Shown: one piece after another, positions 12,181-25,062 of the stretch
How positions within the stretch are numbered: the stretch's first letter is position 1
Layout: every line of letters starts with the position of its first letter
From: Laetmonice hystrix
Taxonomy: Eukaryota
Direction: 5' to 3'
Assembly: GCA_965235115.1 (NCBI GenBank)
Contig: OZ249438.1
Coordinates: 9,610,001 to 9,674,000 of the forward strand
Length of the DNA: 64,000 nucleotides
Made by a program: the position numbers and the translations under genes
Notes under the pieces: model-generated
Told to the model about the DNA's origin: nothing
The model's input: the letters and a program-made list of their open reading frames with translations, nothing else
The model's database searches: none

Positions 12181-14147
12181 TCGGGAGTGAGCGTCAGAAC
12201 ACCTTGGTCTGGCTATCATTCTCCTGCTTGATGTGATCGCCTTTGTGCGATCAGCATCGGTTGATGCCCATGTTCTGATCCCTGAGTCATCACTCTCCGT
12301 GTTACCATCATTCCATAGCGATCCTCCGGCGGCTACAACCTGGATCTTCCTCCGTCTCCTCAGGTAACACGGCCCCACACAATGGTTGGGAAGCTGGGGG
12401 AGGGAGGGGGTCCCTGCCTGGTGCTGCGAGTGAGTCATGCCGGGCAGGTGTGTGTCGGGCTCGTGTGCATGTGTGTGGACTGAGCCTGGAGGACCTGGAG
12501 GTCCGGTGTGTGTGGACGGCCCGGAGGTCAGACCCGGACGGCTGGGAGGTCAGACTTGGACCTCCCGGCGGTATATTGTCCACACACCGGGTCATGTCAG
12601 CGCCCCCGTACTCCGGTCGTGATGAAGGCCGTCCGTACCGACGGATCCCATGGTGACGGCCATGGTGACGGGCATGGTGACAGTCGTCGTGGGAGACATT
12701 CATACAGAGACGGTGTGAAACATGGAGGTTGGGCTGAATTCAGTACTCCAATCACGTCCGGGTAATTCTAGGCCGTTCCCGGAATGATCTCGTCAAAAGT
12801 AACTTTAATTATTCGTAATAACGAATCGTGAAATGTAAACAGTAAAAAAAGACTTAACGCAACTACAAGACTATATTGTATAGCATTATATCCATGTAAG
12901 ATAATATCGTTATTGATGACTATTACGCGGCTACAGACTATCGGATGATCGTTAAACAGGGGGGTTGGCACCAAAAGTCAATGCAGTGTCTCACGTCATT
13001 TTGTAATTGATGCATATTTTAATTGGAGAATTGCCGTTTTGCATTGGGAGATATCAGATTTGTAATTATATTAAAATCTCCCAAGTTGTGAAGTTCACAA
13101 TAAATCCCCCCAAAAAACCCGCGTGTGACAAGTGTCACGTTCTCTCGCCGTGACTTCCCAGGATCTCGGCCGACCACGTGACGCCAGGCGTGATCCTGCG
13201 AGGCCAGCGCCGCCATTTTGGCCCGTTAGAAACAAACCCTGATGTTACGTGTTTAACGTAACTCTCATCTCTACTCACTCCACACGTAACATTCCTCTCT
13301 CTCTCTCCCTCTCTCTCTACCACAGCTCTCTCAGTACCGTGTGGGCGACCCTCAAAGCGAGCTTAGACTGATCATGTGAGGAGAGTTTATAGACTGTGGC
13401 AGCCCTGCCCACCCGCATTGGGTCTCAGCCTCTCTGACATCGCCCCCTGAGGCGAGGATGGAGGAGGAGGGGGGGGGGGGGGTATCTAGACCGGGGTATC
13501 CTGGGTTTGGGCAATCCTAGATCAGTGTAAGCTACAGGGTGTGTCAGGGTTTATCCTGCTCAGGTGTAGCATATAGTATTATTGGTGGTTTCTACAGGAG
13601 TTTATTGTTTTATTGGTGTATTTTACAGTATTCTTGTCCGGCGTACCGGGTTATTTTATTCAGTAGTCTATACTCTATCCCTTAAGTTTAGTATGCCAGA
13701 TTTGTGTACAGTAGTGTATGCTAGACTTCGGTACTTCACAGTGTGGTGTTACCTTGGATCAGTTCAATTCTACTTGATTGACATATCCTAGGCCGTCATA
13801 TTCCTGGGTGTACATGTGTTAGTCCTTCTGTCAGGGTATTGTGTTGAGATCCAATTTGGCAATTGTGCAAATATTTGGTTGAATTGATCAAAAAAGTCAC
13901 ATTGTTTGGCCTATATCCTGGAAGAAATTAAGTAGTGTAAAATAATACAATGTAGTTACCATAGATATTATTGTAACCACAGCTCCTGTTTTTAACTGAC
14001 GCTGTTTTCAAGGTGAACTTTGGCCAGTGCGACACGGTTCCCACTGGTAGTGGCCCAAAATCACAGTTTAATATCTGTTAATATGGTATTGTTATAATAA
14101 TAGGCGAACATTTATTAATCATGGAATGTAACGTTATGCGAATAGAA

Positions 14148-14531
14148 CTGACTCGACACGAAGAGAGAGGACCATGTTTGACTCGACACCAACAGCCGGG
14201 ACCATGTCTAACCGTGTCTGACTCGACACCAATAGTCGGGATCGTGTCTAACCGTGTCTGACCCGACACCAATAGCCGGGATCGTGTTTAACCGTGTCTG
14301 ACTCGACACCAACAGCCGGGATCGTGTCTAACCGTGTCTGACTCGACACCAACAGCCGGGGTCGTGTCTAACCGTGTCTGACTCGACACCAACAGCCGGG
14401 GTCGTGTCTAACCGTGTCTGACTCGACACCAATAGCCGGGATCGTGTCTAACCGTGTCTGACTCGACACCAACAGCCGGGATCGTGTCTAACCGTGTCTG
14501 ATTCGACACCATGAGCTGGGATCGTGTCTGA
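14148..14531. repeat. 40-bp minisatellite (~9 copies)
   Basis: Unit gactcgacaccaacagccgggatcgtgtctaaccgtgtct; period 40 (e.g. 14281 and 14321). Confidence 0.95.
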
Positions 14532-16377
14532 GTAGACTTTCACTTACTATTGTCCAACCGCATCGCGCCGTGAAGAGAACCGCTACTTTCATAACCCATT
14601 ATACCAATCGGCGCTCGCACAATTTAATATTTTGACATGCCCAGGTTGGTTTAGAACATTAACCCATTTTACTCCAATTGCTGACGTTTTTTTATGTCTA
14701 GTTTCGGGATTGTAGTGACTTAGTTTGAAAGTAGATCACATGAATTATGGCTTTGACCTAGCTGTGTGACCGCGCGTTCCAGGCTGTCCGAAGGCTTAGC
14801 TCTATAATTAACGTGACCAGATTTCACTTTTAATTAAGGGTTTCATTCAGTCTGGCTACGTGCTCAAACTCAAAGAAGCTATATTTAGGTCATAATGTTA
14901 AGCTGAAATAATAGGTAAGGGAAAAGTAGTTCCGACAGCTAGGGGCAGCTACCTTAATAACAATCGTAATGAGAAATGTGACATATAATGTTACAGATTT
15001 TATATAGAAACATTTAAGTCAGGAAAAAACTGGTTAAGTGCAGGTGAATTGCCAGGTGTAACATTGGCTGGGCACGGCCGTGGAATGCCAGAGCTATTAC
15101 TTTCTTTTTTCATCTTCTGCACACTTGAGCTAATCAAGACATCAAGATACTCCTGCAAGTAGTTGAGAAGTTCATGTTGAGTTTCTGCCACCTTCAGAGG
15201 TTATGAAAAATGTGCCATGGTAGAAGTAGTTTGTCAAGTGGCATGATCGTGCACAAGCAGTTTACTTTATGAAAAGCTTGAAGGCAAAAACTTGACCTTT
15301 AGCAGCGTATGTGGCTGTCAAAATTAATCTCTTGAGATGTCGCACCTAGATAAGTGCAGGTGCTTAAAATTATTCTTTAATCTGGAGGATTTCCCCCCTC
15401 ACAGCGAACTATTGTTTGGAACTTTCCAGCAACCAGTTTGAGAAGATTTATGTTGGTATATCGTGTCGGTTGTTAGCATGATCTACACGAGTGTAATGTC
15501 TGATGTGAGAACCCCCCCTCTCCCGGTCTAGGGGCCTGGGGTTGGATTTGAAACCCCTACCCCGGCGCTTCCCCGTCTTTGTATTTTTGAATGCGAGCGT
15601 TTTTGTCCATTGACGGCTGTGAAGGTAGCGGTGCGCCGAGTTGGGGGTGAGCCTATCATCGGCCTGCCACCGGTCTGTATCGGGTCCTGACACCCTCCAC
15701 AATACCCGCACACAGACCCGCTGTCTCCGAGCCCCCACTGGGGTGCAGCATTGTGTGAAAACACCCCGTCTAATGACGACTCAATTTGGTTTCTTTTACA
15801 ACTGAAGGATACAGTCACAACGGGACATCACCTATAGTCAACTTTTGCCTCATGAAAAAAAGAAAAAAGCTACCGTAGGTCCCCTAGCCGTGAGGTCCTG
15901 GCATCGGGCTGTGGCAACCATGTTTAACACAGGCTTTGTTCCATTTGACTTCCAAATGTGTTGTTTACCCACCCGACCTGGGCAGTGGGTCATCGCTGGA
16001 GACCCAGGCAATTGTGTGCAAATTATTTGGAAGCCTGAAACTTGTCTGCCTTTTCGCAGACTGCCAGGGTTAACAGACCCAGTCGGTTACTACCAGCCAT
16101 GCTGGATGCAGCGTTAAAGGGGAAATGACAAGGTTAGACAGACGGCTGCTATAGCAGACGTTCATGGGTAACGGGACCTTTGGCCGGTCGGAGTGGATTT
16201 TAATGTTGCTGTACTGACAGACGTCTGTCACCGAGAGTCGACCGGTGGGACGGCGTGATGAGATGTGGGAGTGGGCCGCCGTAATGATGGCAAGGACGGG
16301 GATGGAATGGGATGGACCAGTATGGTTTGATTGGTTTGGGGTTCAGTGGATGAACGAGAAGGCATGTAGGTGAGTGT

Positions 16378-16775
16378 GGGTGGTTTGATGGGGATTGGTT
16401 TCTAAAGATGAACCAGAATGGTTTGATGGGGATTGGCTTCTAAAGATGAACAGGAATGGTTTGATGGGGATTGGCTTCCAAAGATGAACCAGAATGGTTT
16501 GAGGGGGCTTGGCTTCCAAAGATGAACCAGAATGGTTTGATGGGGCTTGGCTTCCAAAGATGAACCGGAATGGTTTGATGGGGCTTGGCTTCCAAAGATG
16601 AACCAGAATGGTGTGATGGGGATTGGCTTCCAAAGATGAACCAGAATGGTTTGATGGGGCTTGGCTTCCAAAGATGAACCAGAATGGTGTGATGGGGATT
16701 GGCTTCCAAAGATGAACCGGAATGGTTTGATGGGGCTTGGCTTCCAAAGATGAACCAGAATGGTTTGAGAGGGCA
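16378..16775. repeat. 38-bp minisatellite, with degenerate copies to ~16990
   Basis: gatgaacc recurs at 16521, 16559, 16597, 16635; unit aaagatgaaccagaatggtttgatggggcttggcttcc. Confidence 0.95.
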
Positions 16776-17007
16776 TCGTGGCTTCTGAAGATGAACCAGG
16801 TGGGGCTTGGCTTCACGAGATCAACCTGGAAAGTTTGATTGGTTGGGGTTCAACAGATGAAACTGGTTGGGATGAATGGGCTGAGCTTCCACAGATGAAC
16901 CTGAATATGATGATGATGGGGCTTGGCTTCAGGAAACGCACCATGATGATTTGCTGGGCCGTAGCTTCCACAGATGAACTAAGATGATTTCATTACTAGT
17001 CTGGGCT

Positions 17008-17330
17008 CCACAGATCTTGGCCTTAATATAGTCCAAGTCCAGATGAACCAAGATGGGTGGTTTGATGAGTTTGGGCTTCCACAGATCTTGGACTTAATAT
17101 AGTCCAAGTCCAGATGAACCAAGATGGGTGCTTTGATGGGTGTGGGCTTCCACAGATCTTGGACTTAATATAGTCCAAGTCCAGATGAACCAAGATGGAT
17201 GGTTTGATGGGTGTGGGCTTCCACAGATCTTGGACTTAATATAGTCCAAGTCTAGATGAACCAAGATGGGTGCTTTGATGGGGCTGAGCTTCCACAGATC
17301 TTGGATTGAATATAGTCCAAGTCCAGATGA
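17008..17330. repeat. 71-bp minisatellite (~4.5 copies) with internal hairpin
   Basis: acagatct recurs at 17081, 17152, 17223; units contain cttggact-taatat-agtccaag. Confidence 0.9.
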
Positions 17331-18195
17331 ATCAATCCACTCCAGCCGTGTTATCTGAGGTCCGTGTCCCGGAGCCGTCAAGGGTAGGGCCGGTAATTAG
17401 TGATGTCCGGGCGGGGACTCAGTGCCGACCCGGGACCCTGCAGGCGGGCGGTGACAGGTCGGCCGGTGACGGCGGGTCGGCCGGTGACGGGCCGGCCTGA
17501 TGAAAGCACACCGCTGATTAGGGTGATGGACGACGCCCTGGCCGTGTTGACAAAACACCCGACAGGTGCACACCTCGGCGAGTCGCGCCGAGTCGGCGGC
17601 GGTCGGCGGCCCAGCGGTCGGCAGACTCCCCCTGCCCGAGGGCCCCCCTCGCCCCACCCACCCCAACTGATGGAACCCTTATGTGTTTATGTAGCCCCAG
17701 TTCCTGTGTTCGTTTGGGGAGCAAGGTAAGGCACAGTCATCATAGTACCACGGCATTCCGCAGCCCCAGCTAATACAACATTCCCGGTCTGAACATGTGT
17801 TGCTGCCTGTACGGATCTCATGGGCAGGCATATCGGAGGTTTCTGGCCCATAGATGGAGACTAGAATATTCCTGTATCGGCTCTAGTACGTAGGTTTGGG
17901 GTTGTCTTTGACTTTGGGTAAAACTTTTGAAGGTGCTTTTCGCTTTTCACTGAAGAGATAGACTTGCCCGCAGTAGTGGTGTGTGTCAGCCTGAGGATGG
18001 TGATGAGGGGCCCGCCGTGTAAGTGGGGCAGTCACAGGGGCCGGGACCCAGACACACGGTTAAAGCCCCTAGTTTGTCATCTACTGGCGTCCTAACAGAA
18101 TTACCCCCATGTCAACCCCTGACAGAGTGGAGAAAAAACGGTATAAATCAGCTGGGACACAACTGGTAAACCTGCGCTACAAGTAGAAGGGTAGG

Positions 18196-20066
18196 CTGAG
18201 GTGTCAGTGATGTCCTGAGGTGGGTTGGCTGAGGTGTCAGTGATGACCTGAGGTGGGTTGGCTGAGGTGTCAGTGATGTCCTAAGGTGGGTTGGCTGAGG
18301 TGTCAGTGATGTCCTGAGGTGGGTTGGCTGAGGTGTCAGTGATGGCCTAAGGTGGGTTGGCTGAGGTGTCAGTGATGTCCTGAGGTGGGTTGGCTGAGGT
18401 GTCAGTGATGTCCTGAGGTGGGTTGGCTGAGGTGTCAGTGATGTCCTAAGGTGGGTTGGCTGAGGTGTCAGTGATGGCCTAAGGTGGGTTGGCTGAGGTG
18501 TCAGTGATGTCCTGAGGTGGGTTGGCTGAGGTGTCAGTGATGGCCTAAGGTGGGTTGGCTGAGGTGTCAGTGATGTCCTAAGGTGGGTTGGCTGAGGTGT
18601 CAGTGATGGCCTAAGGTGGGTTGGCTGAGGTGTCAGTGATGTCCTGAGGTGGGTTGGCTGAGGTGTCAGTGATGTCCTAAGGTGGGTTGGCTGAGGTGTC
18701 AGTGATGTCCTGAGGTGGGTTGGCTGAGGTGTCAGTGATGTCCTGAGGTGGGTTGGCTGAGGTGTCAGTGATGTCCTGAGGTGGGTTGGCTGAGGTGTCA
18801 GTGATGTCCTAAGGTGGGTTGGCTGAGGTGTCAGTGATGTCCTGAGGTGGGTGGGCCAAGGTGTCAGTGATGTCCTGAGGTGGGTTGGCTGAGGTGTCAG
18901 TGATGTCCTGAGGTGGGTTGGCTGAGGTGTCAGTGATGTCCTGAGGTGGGTTGGCTGAGGTGTCAGTGATGGCCTAAGGTGGGTTGGCTGAGGTGTCAGT
19001 GATGTCCTAAGGTGGGTTGGCTGAGGTGTCAGTGATGTCCCAAGGTGGGTTGGCTGAGGTGTCAGTGATGTCCCAAGGTGGGTTGGCTGAGGTGTCAGTG
19101 ATGTCCTGAGGTGGGTTGGCTGAGGTGTCAGTGATGTCCTAAGGTGGGTTGGCTGAGGTGTCAGTGATGTCCTAAGGTGGGTTGGCTGAGGTGTCAGTGA
19201 TGTCCCAAGGTGGGTTGGCTGAGGTGTCAGTGATGACCTGAGGTGGGTTGGCTGAGGTGTCAGTGATGTCCTGAGGTGGGTTGGCTGAGGTGTCAGTGAT
19301 GTCCTGAGGTGGGTTGGCTGAGGTGTCAGTGATGGCCTAAGGTGGGTTGGCTGAGGTGTCAGTGATGGCCTAAGTGATTGGAGGATGTCGGTGATGACCT
19401 GAGGGTTGGCTGAGGTGTCAGTGATGTCCTGAGGAGGGTTGGCCAAGGTGTCAGTGATGTCCCAAGGTGGGTTGGCTGAGGTGTCAGTGATGTCCTGAGG
19501 TGGGTTGGCTGAGGTGTCAGTGATGTCCTGAGGTGGGTTGGCTGAGGTGTCAGTGATGTCCCAAGGTGGGTTGGCTGAGGCGTCAGTGATGTCCTGAGGT
19601 GGGTTGGCTGAGGTGTCAGTGATGTCCTGAGGTGGGTTGGCTGAGGTGTCAGTGATGTCCTGAGGTGGGTTGGCTGAGGTGTCAGTGATGTCCTGAGGTG
19701 GGTTGGCTGAGGTGTCAGTGATGTCCTGAGGAGGGTGGGCCAAGGTGTCAGTGATGACCTGAGGTGGGTTGGCTGAGGTGTCAGTGATGTCCTGAGGTGG
19801 GTTGGCTGAGGTGTCAGTGATGACCTGAGGTGGGTTGGCTGAGGTGTCAGTGATGACCTGAGGTGGGTTGGCTGAGGTGTCAGTGATGACCTGAGGTGGG
19901 TTGGCTGAGGTGTCAGTGATGTCCTGACGTGGGTTGGCTGAGGTGTCAGTGATGTCCTGAGGAGGGTTGGCCAAGGTGTCAGTGAAAGCCTGAGGTGGGG
20001 GGGGGGGGGGCTAAGGTGTCAGTGATGCCCTGAGGTCGGTGGGCAGAGGTGTCAGTGATGTCCTGA
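18196..20066. repeat. 33-bp minisatellite (~56 copies), largest array in the window
   Basis: Unit gtgtcagtgatgtcctgaggtgggttggctgag with interspersed variants; generates the 608-aa minus-strand ORF. Confidence 0.97.
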
Positions 20067-21699
20067 CAAAATGCACAGGTATTATTTCCCAGCATTCGAT
20101 TCATTGGCACCCAGAATTTATCTTGGTTTTTGCGTGCCGGTGGTTGACCTTGCCGGGCTGTTTCTGGTTTTGAAATATAGCTCGCTCAGTTAGGTTCCGA
20201 ACGATAAATAACCAGTAGGGGGGGGGCCTCCCGCAGTCGCCCCTCATTGTCAGTTATAAAAGATACCAAAGGTTCAAAGTGCCGCTACAGGTCACCATTT
20301 CAGGTTTACCTTTCAATCTACGAAGAATAATTTAAAGATAATAATCTAGACACCAAAACTCCACGACCGGGTCCGACAGCAAGTCCAGTGTACAACATTT
20401 AGTACCAGGGGTGAGTAATGCCAGTACAAGGCCTGTGACTTGGTCCTAGTGTCCCAATCTGACGCTAGTGCATGCTTGGTCGTAGTGTTCCAATCTGACG
20501 TTATAGGATTGATCCCAGTGTTGCAGACCGAGACCAGCATCTCAAGTGGTCCTGATGTCCCAGTCAGATTCCAGTGTCCATTTCCACCCGTTCATTCCCA
20601 TTGTGAGCGGCAGGGCAGCACGACCCCCTCCTTCAATCATTGATTCTATTTGGAGCCGATCAAGTCTTGATGATAATTGACCCGCTTACCTTGGCCTGTT
20701 CCTGACAAAGACCAGCCGGCCACCAGCGTATCCCTCCTTGATTGGATCATTTAAAGTTGTATAGAGTTTGGGCCGGGCTGTCGGCCGGCGAGCCGACACA
20801 GACGGGCTGTGTACAGCCGACGTTAGGTAACACTTGGTAACACTGGCCACACCGCGGTCTGCGCTGAGTTCGCTGGCCGTGATAAGACACACCGTGATTA
20901 TCGCCGGGTTGTCTGGAGTAGGGGCGCGTAGTGTAATGGGTGCTGTCAGGCCTGACTGACACCGCAGGGCTGGACGCGGCATTCATTCGTCACTGTCAAC
21001 GTCACTCAAAGCCCGGCCTCGGATTCTCAAAGTCGGCTCCATACCCGGTTGTATACATCATAAGGTGCCGTCTGTAGCCAGATAAATGCCGCCTTTCTCT
21101 TCGCGAAATCAGATGATAAATCAGAGTCAGGAATACCAAGAGTGTCCAATCCATAACCGACATCAGCTACATCAGTTACGTTCGGTAATTCGCTGATATT
21201 TTATCTACAGATGGTGGTCTATTGGTGGTCAGTCGGCGGGTTGTTACAAAGGAACAGGAATTATATCTATCAACTGCGTTAATGAGTATGTTGGCGTATA
21301 ATTACACTTTCACATAGTCGCCAAAACCTGAGACATGATATAAATGTGTGATCTTTCCAGTTCGGTCCCAGTTGGTGAATGTTTACAAAAGCAACCAGAC
21401 CAATTCCAGCTCAGCGCTTACTGTACGTAAATCCCCAAGTGAAGTTTTCTCAAAAGTGCCCCCATTATCAGACCCAAGCCATGTCAACGCGTTCAGGAAC
21501 ATCAGGGCTCCGACTGAAACACTTGTTTGGCTGGCGGTTTGATGGATATATACAAGGCACGTACTTGCTGTGCCCCTTTAAGAGAGACCTGCCTGTCCCC
21601 GCCCCCCCATGAGGATAGCCGGTTGTCTGGCATTGACTGCGGTCATCTCGGACACTGGACTTGAGAAGCCTTGGCGGCTGAAGTCGGTTTGAACACGTG

Positions 21700-22050
21700 G
21701 CTGGTCAGTAGAGCTTGAGTCCACTTGGCTGGTCTGGACACAGGTTTAGTGCACACGGTTTAGCACTAGAACGGATTAGTTCACATGAGTGGTATAGGTC
21801 GAACGGCTTATAAATCGTTCCTTTTTGTAAAAGTAGAAAAGCAGGGGTTCTGCTTGCGTCTAGCGCCAATGTGAGTGAGGATTGTAAGAGAAACGTCTGA
21901 CCACAAGGTTCAGTGCCTGGCTCTTACTGTCTGATCCGAACTGATGCAATCTAGAGACTCGCGTTTATTGTTAGTCCGTGCCGTCCAAACCAGAAGGAAC
22001 ATGTAAAACCCAAAGGAAGAAAAACGAAGAAGGAACTTCAGGAGTTACCT
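21700..22050 (-). mobile_element. Possible LTR-retrotransposon remnant: LTR 3' end plus PBS-like site
   Basis: On the minus strand AATAAA (21964-21969) lies ~95 nt before ...CACTCACA (CA at 21870-21871), followed by one base and TGGCGCTAG (PBS-like TGG start). No partner LTR or gag/pol found. Confidence 0.33.
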
Positions 22051-24036
22051 GTATGTTGTAGATGGTGATGAAAGGGCAGAGGTTAGTTTCAGATGTTAGA
22101 CTTTTCCAATCATTGTCCTTTGATGGCCGAGAGGTGGTATTTATTTTCTCCTCGTCGGTATCTTGGAAATGTTAAGGAGTCAGATAAACTGGCCGGGAGA
22201 GGGTATTGTGTGACCTTGACCTTTGCTCAGTCTGACTCACCGAGTCCAGGGTAAAGTGTGGCTTCCCGTGTCATTTGATCAAACTCGGATCTTTATTACC
22301 CTAGTGGTTCCTGATTTGTTTCAAAGGTCACTTGGTAAGGATGCAGCTGTAGTTTGGATATTAAAACGCCTGCGCCTGTCAGTGCAGTGACCCCCCGCCC
22401 TCCCACAACCCTACCCCCCTGAATCCCCCCCCCCTCCTGGCCATAGCTTCTGCTCCAGTGGAGACCATATTGGGCTCAACCCCGCTACCTGCTACCCCGT
22501 ACTGATCGGTGATCGCCATCGATTGGCTGCCCCCGCCCACGTGACAAATTTACCGGCCTATGTTAACATGGCTGTTGGTCACCGTGTTCAGTGGCGCACG
22601 CGCAGAGCGCTATTCATCTTTGTTACTCAGCCTGATTGTGCTGACATTTGTTGTCTTCGTGATGACATTCAAGGGTATTAAACCAAGGTCGTGGCGGCTT
22701 CCAGCCAGTCGACCCGATTGAAAGTGCATGTCATATTTACCGTTTGCTGTCATGTTCTAATCTACAGAAGCGAAGGCATTATTTCAAAGGCAATTTGTAT
22801 TCGTAGAAATGTACCCGTTGTTTATTTTAGTTTCCAATATTCATTTAATGTTCCTTGACCAAGGAAGCCATTTAAAACAAGGTCCACAATGGTGAAAGGA
22901 ATGAACAAGGCATTGGTCAAATCAGTTAACAGGAGATTGGTGTAAGCAATATAGGCAGATAAAGGGAAGATATTGTAGCCTCATCTACTGATTAAATATT
23001 GCCTTCGCCTTACTAAAAAAACAGCCGAGATAAGATGAATGAAGTCCGCTTTCCTCGCGGCACTGTGACAGAGAAAAAACATTCTAGGCTGGTCTCGTGT
23101 TCACGAAAAAGGTGGTCATTTCGCAGGACTTGCGCGTACCATTATTGTCTGTCATGGCTGACAGATATGAATTCATTAGTTTCTGTTTAAAGCCGGACTA
23201 ATCTAATAACCGAGGGTCTGTGTTGTGTGAGGTGAGGTGGGGGTGAGGAGGTCAGGCTTGGAGCGGGTTGTGACAGTCATTGTAGGCAGGCTGTGTGGGA
23301 ACCATCCAAAGTGAAGGGGGGTAAGTTGTGCCCCCCTCCCCTGTACGGACCTACCTCGCGGGCCTTCGAGCAAGAACCGACGAGCGGATGTTTGTGTATG
23401 GAGACAAATCTCATCATGACTTGGGAGATGTCTCATTAAGTAATACCGTAATATATCATATCATGGAAGATATTGACATGGAACATTATCTCATTGAGAA
23501 ACGCCACAAGGGACCCAGCCAGCGACATGCATGATCTGGTTCATTTAGTGTTTCTGAAGTATAGTGACAGATTTGTTAATTTCTCGATGCAGATGAAGTG
23601 CCGGTGTCGCCGTCTCATTTTTCCGGGAGTGGACGTTCTCCGGGAACATGGTTTCTATTATTTAAATACGCAATCTCGCTGGATCCGACAGGAAAGGCAA
23701 ATTGTCAATCAAATACGAAAGAGGACAAATAGATGCTAGCTATGAGGAAATGTAGAATTGTGAGTTAGGACAGCTTAAAGAGAACCTTGCATTCACATAG
23801 ATATGAAACCAGCCTCAGAAAGAACGGAGACGGCCGGAGATGTCAGACCGCGGCACCGGTTATTCTTTTGACAATGTTTGAAGTATAAGATGGTCATAAT
23901 TAATACGGTGAGAACGGGACAAGCAGCGGAGACGGGCCATGGGTGGAGTATAGATGGGGATGGCAGTTACCGAGTTCCACATAGTCAGTCACTGGATCCG
24001 GCCGGGGTTGGGGAGATTATAGGATGAAAGCCGGTG

Positions 24037-24220
24037 TGGTATGAAAAATGGACCGCCTAAAATAGGGGTCAATATTACATTTTTGAAGATGACTTCTCCC
24101 CTTTACAATGTTACTTTCCTCCATTTTTGTTCCAAATACAATGACAATGACGGAGGTATAGGGCTGGAGCTTTTTCCAAAGGGGATCCATTTTCAAAGGG
24201 GGTGACCCATTTTCAATGTG
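24037..24220. mobile_element. Possible decayed MITE
   Basis: AT-rich island with TGAAAAATGGAC at the left and inverted TCCATTTTCA / CCCATTTTCA copies at the right; no TSD identified. Confidence 0.25.
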
Positions 24221-24606
24221 AGGTGAGCGCTGTTGCCGCCAGGGGTGACGCTGAGACCGAGGAGGTTGGGATGACGGGTGAGTGGGTCGGATACGGGTGA
24301 GGGGTGGGGGTAGGGACGACTACCGTAAGTGGCTATATGATAGCACGTGGCGGCGTCTAAATGGCCGGTCTTACCTTCCACTGCATGTGTGTGCCATTGA
24401 GGCCCTGGGGCAGGCGGTCTGTGGTCGGGTGGGGGCGGCGGGTTTGGGACCCCGCCTAGAACCGTCGTCCTGTCCCTCACCCTCGGCCATGCTTCAACCC
24501 GCTCAACAGTCGACCCAACTTTTGGATCATTATGACAAAATATTCTTACCGTCTCTCAGTAGACACCGTTACAGAACGGGACTTTTAGATGAATGCTGGA
24601 GTGGGA

Positions 24607-25062
24607 TTGTGGGGCCGTATATACCTGGGCAGTGTGAACTGATGTCATACCTCAGACAACCTTACGGTAACATACCTCAGACAACCTTACGGTAGCATGG
24701 AGCGAGTATAGGACGTGACTTGTATGGGCTGTGTCTGGACCGTGTGGGGCCGTATATACCTGGGCAGTGTGAACTGATGTGTATGGAGCGAGTATAGGAC
24801 GTGACTTGTATGAGCTGTGTTTGGACCGTGTGGGGCCGTATATACCTGGGCAGTGTGAACTGATGTCATACCTCAGACAACCTTACGGTAGCATGGAGCG
24901 AGTATAGGACGTGACTTGTATGGGCTGTGTCTGGACCGTGTGGGGCCGTATATACCTGGGCAGTGTGAACTGATGTGTATGGAGCGAGTATAGGACGTGA
25001 CTTGTATGAGCTGTGTTTGGACCGTGTGGGGCCGTACCTGGGCAGTGTGAACTGATGTCATA
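24607..25062. repeat. ~80-105-bp tandem repeat with ~186-bp higher-order period
   Basis: Unit tggagcgagtataggacgtgacttgtat...ggggccgtatatacctgggcagtgtgaactgatgt; alternate copies carry an extra catacctcagacaaccttacggtagca. Confidence 0.85.

Noticed and set aside
10999-12236. Cluster of 70-314-aa Cys/Gly-rich ORFs in all + frames
   Set aside because: All come from the 41-51-bp array; openness in several frames reflects repeat composition. The same applies to ORFs at 16343-16816, 25713-26473, 29147-30448, 49429-50795, 52787-53565, 54297-54902 and 63247-63737.
15540-15560. B-box-like GGTTTCAAATCC on the minus strand (tRNA/SINE)
   Set aside because: No A box at a suitable distance and no cloverleaf.
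18148-19974. 608-aa minus-strand ORF (NPPQDITDTSA / QPTHLRTSLTP repeats) resembling a mucin
   Set aside because: It is the 33-bp (3x11) minisatellite read stop-free. It starts at a non-ATG codon, switches repeat frame at a broken unit, and has no signal peptide or flanking exon.
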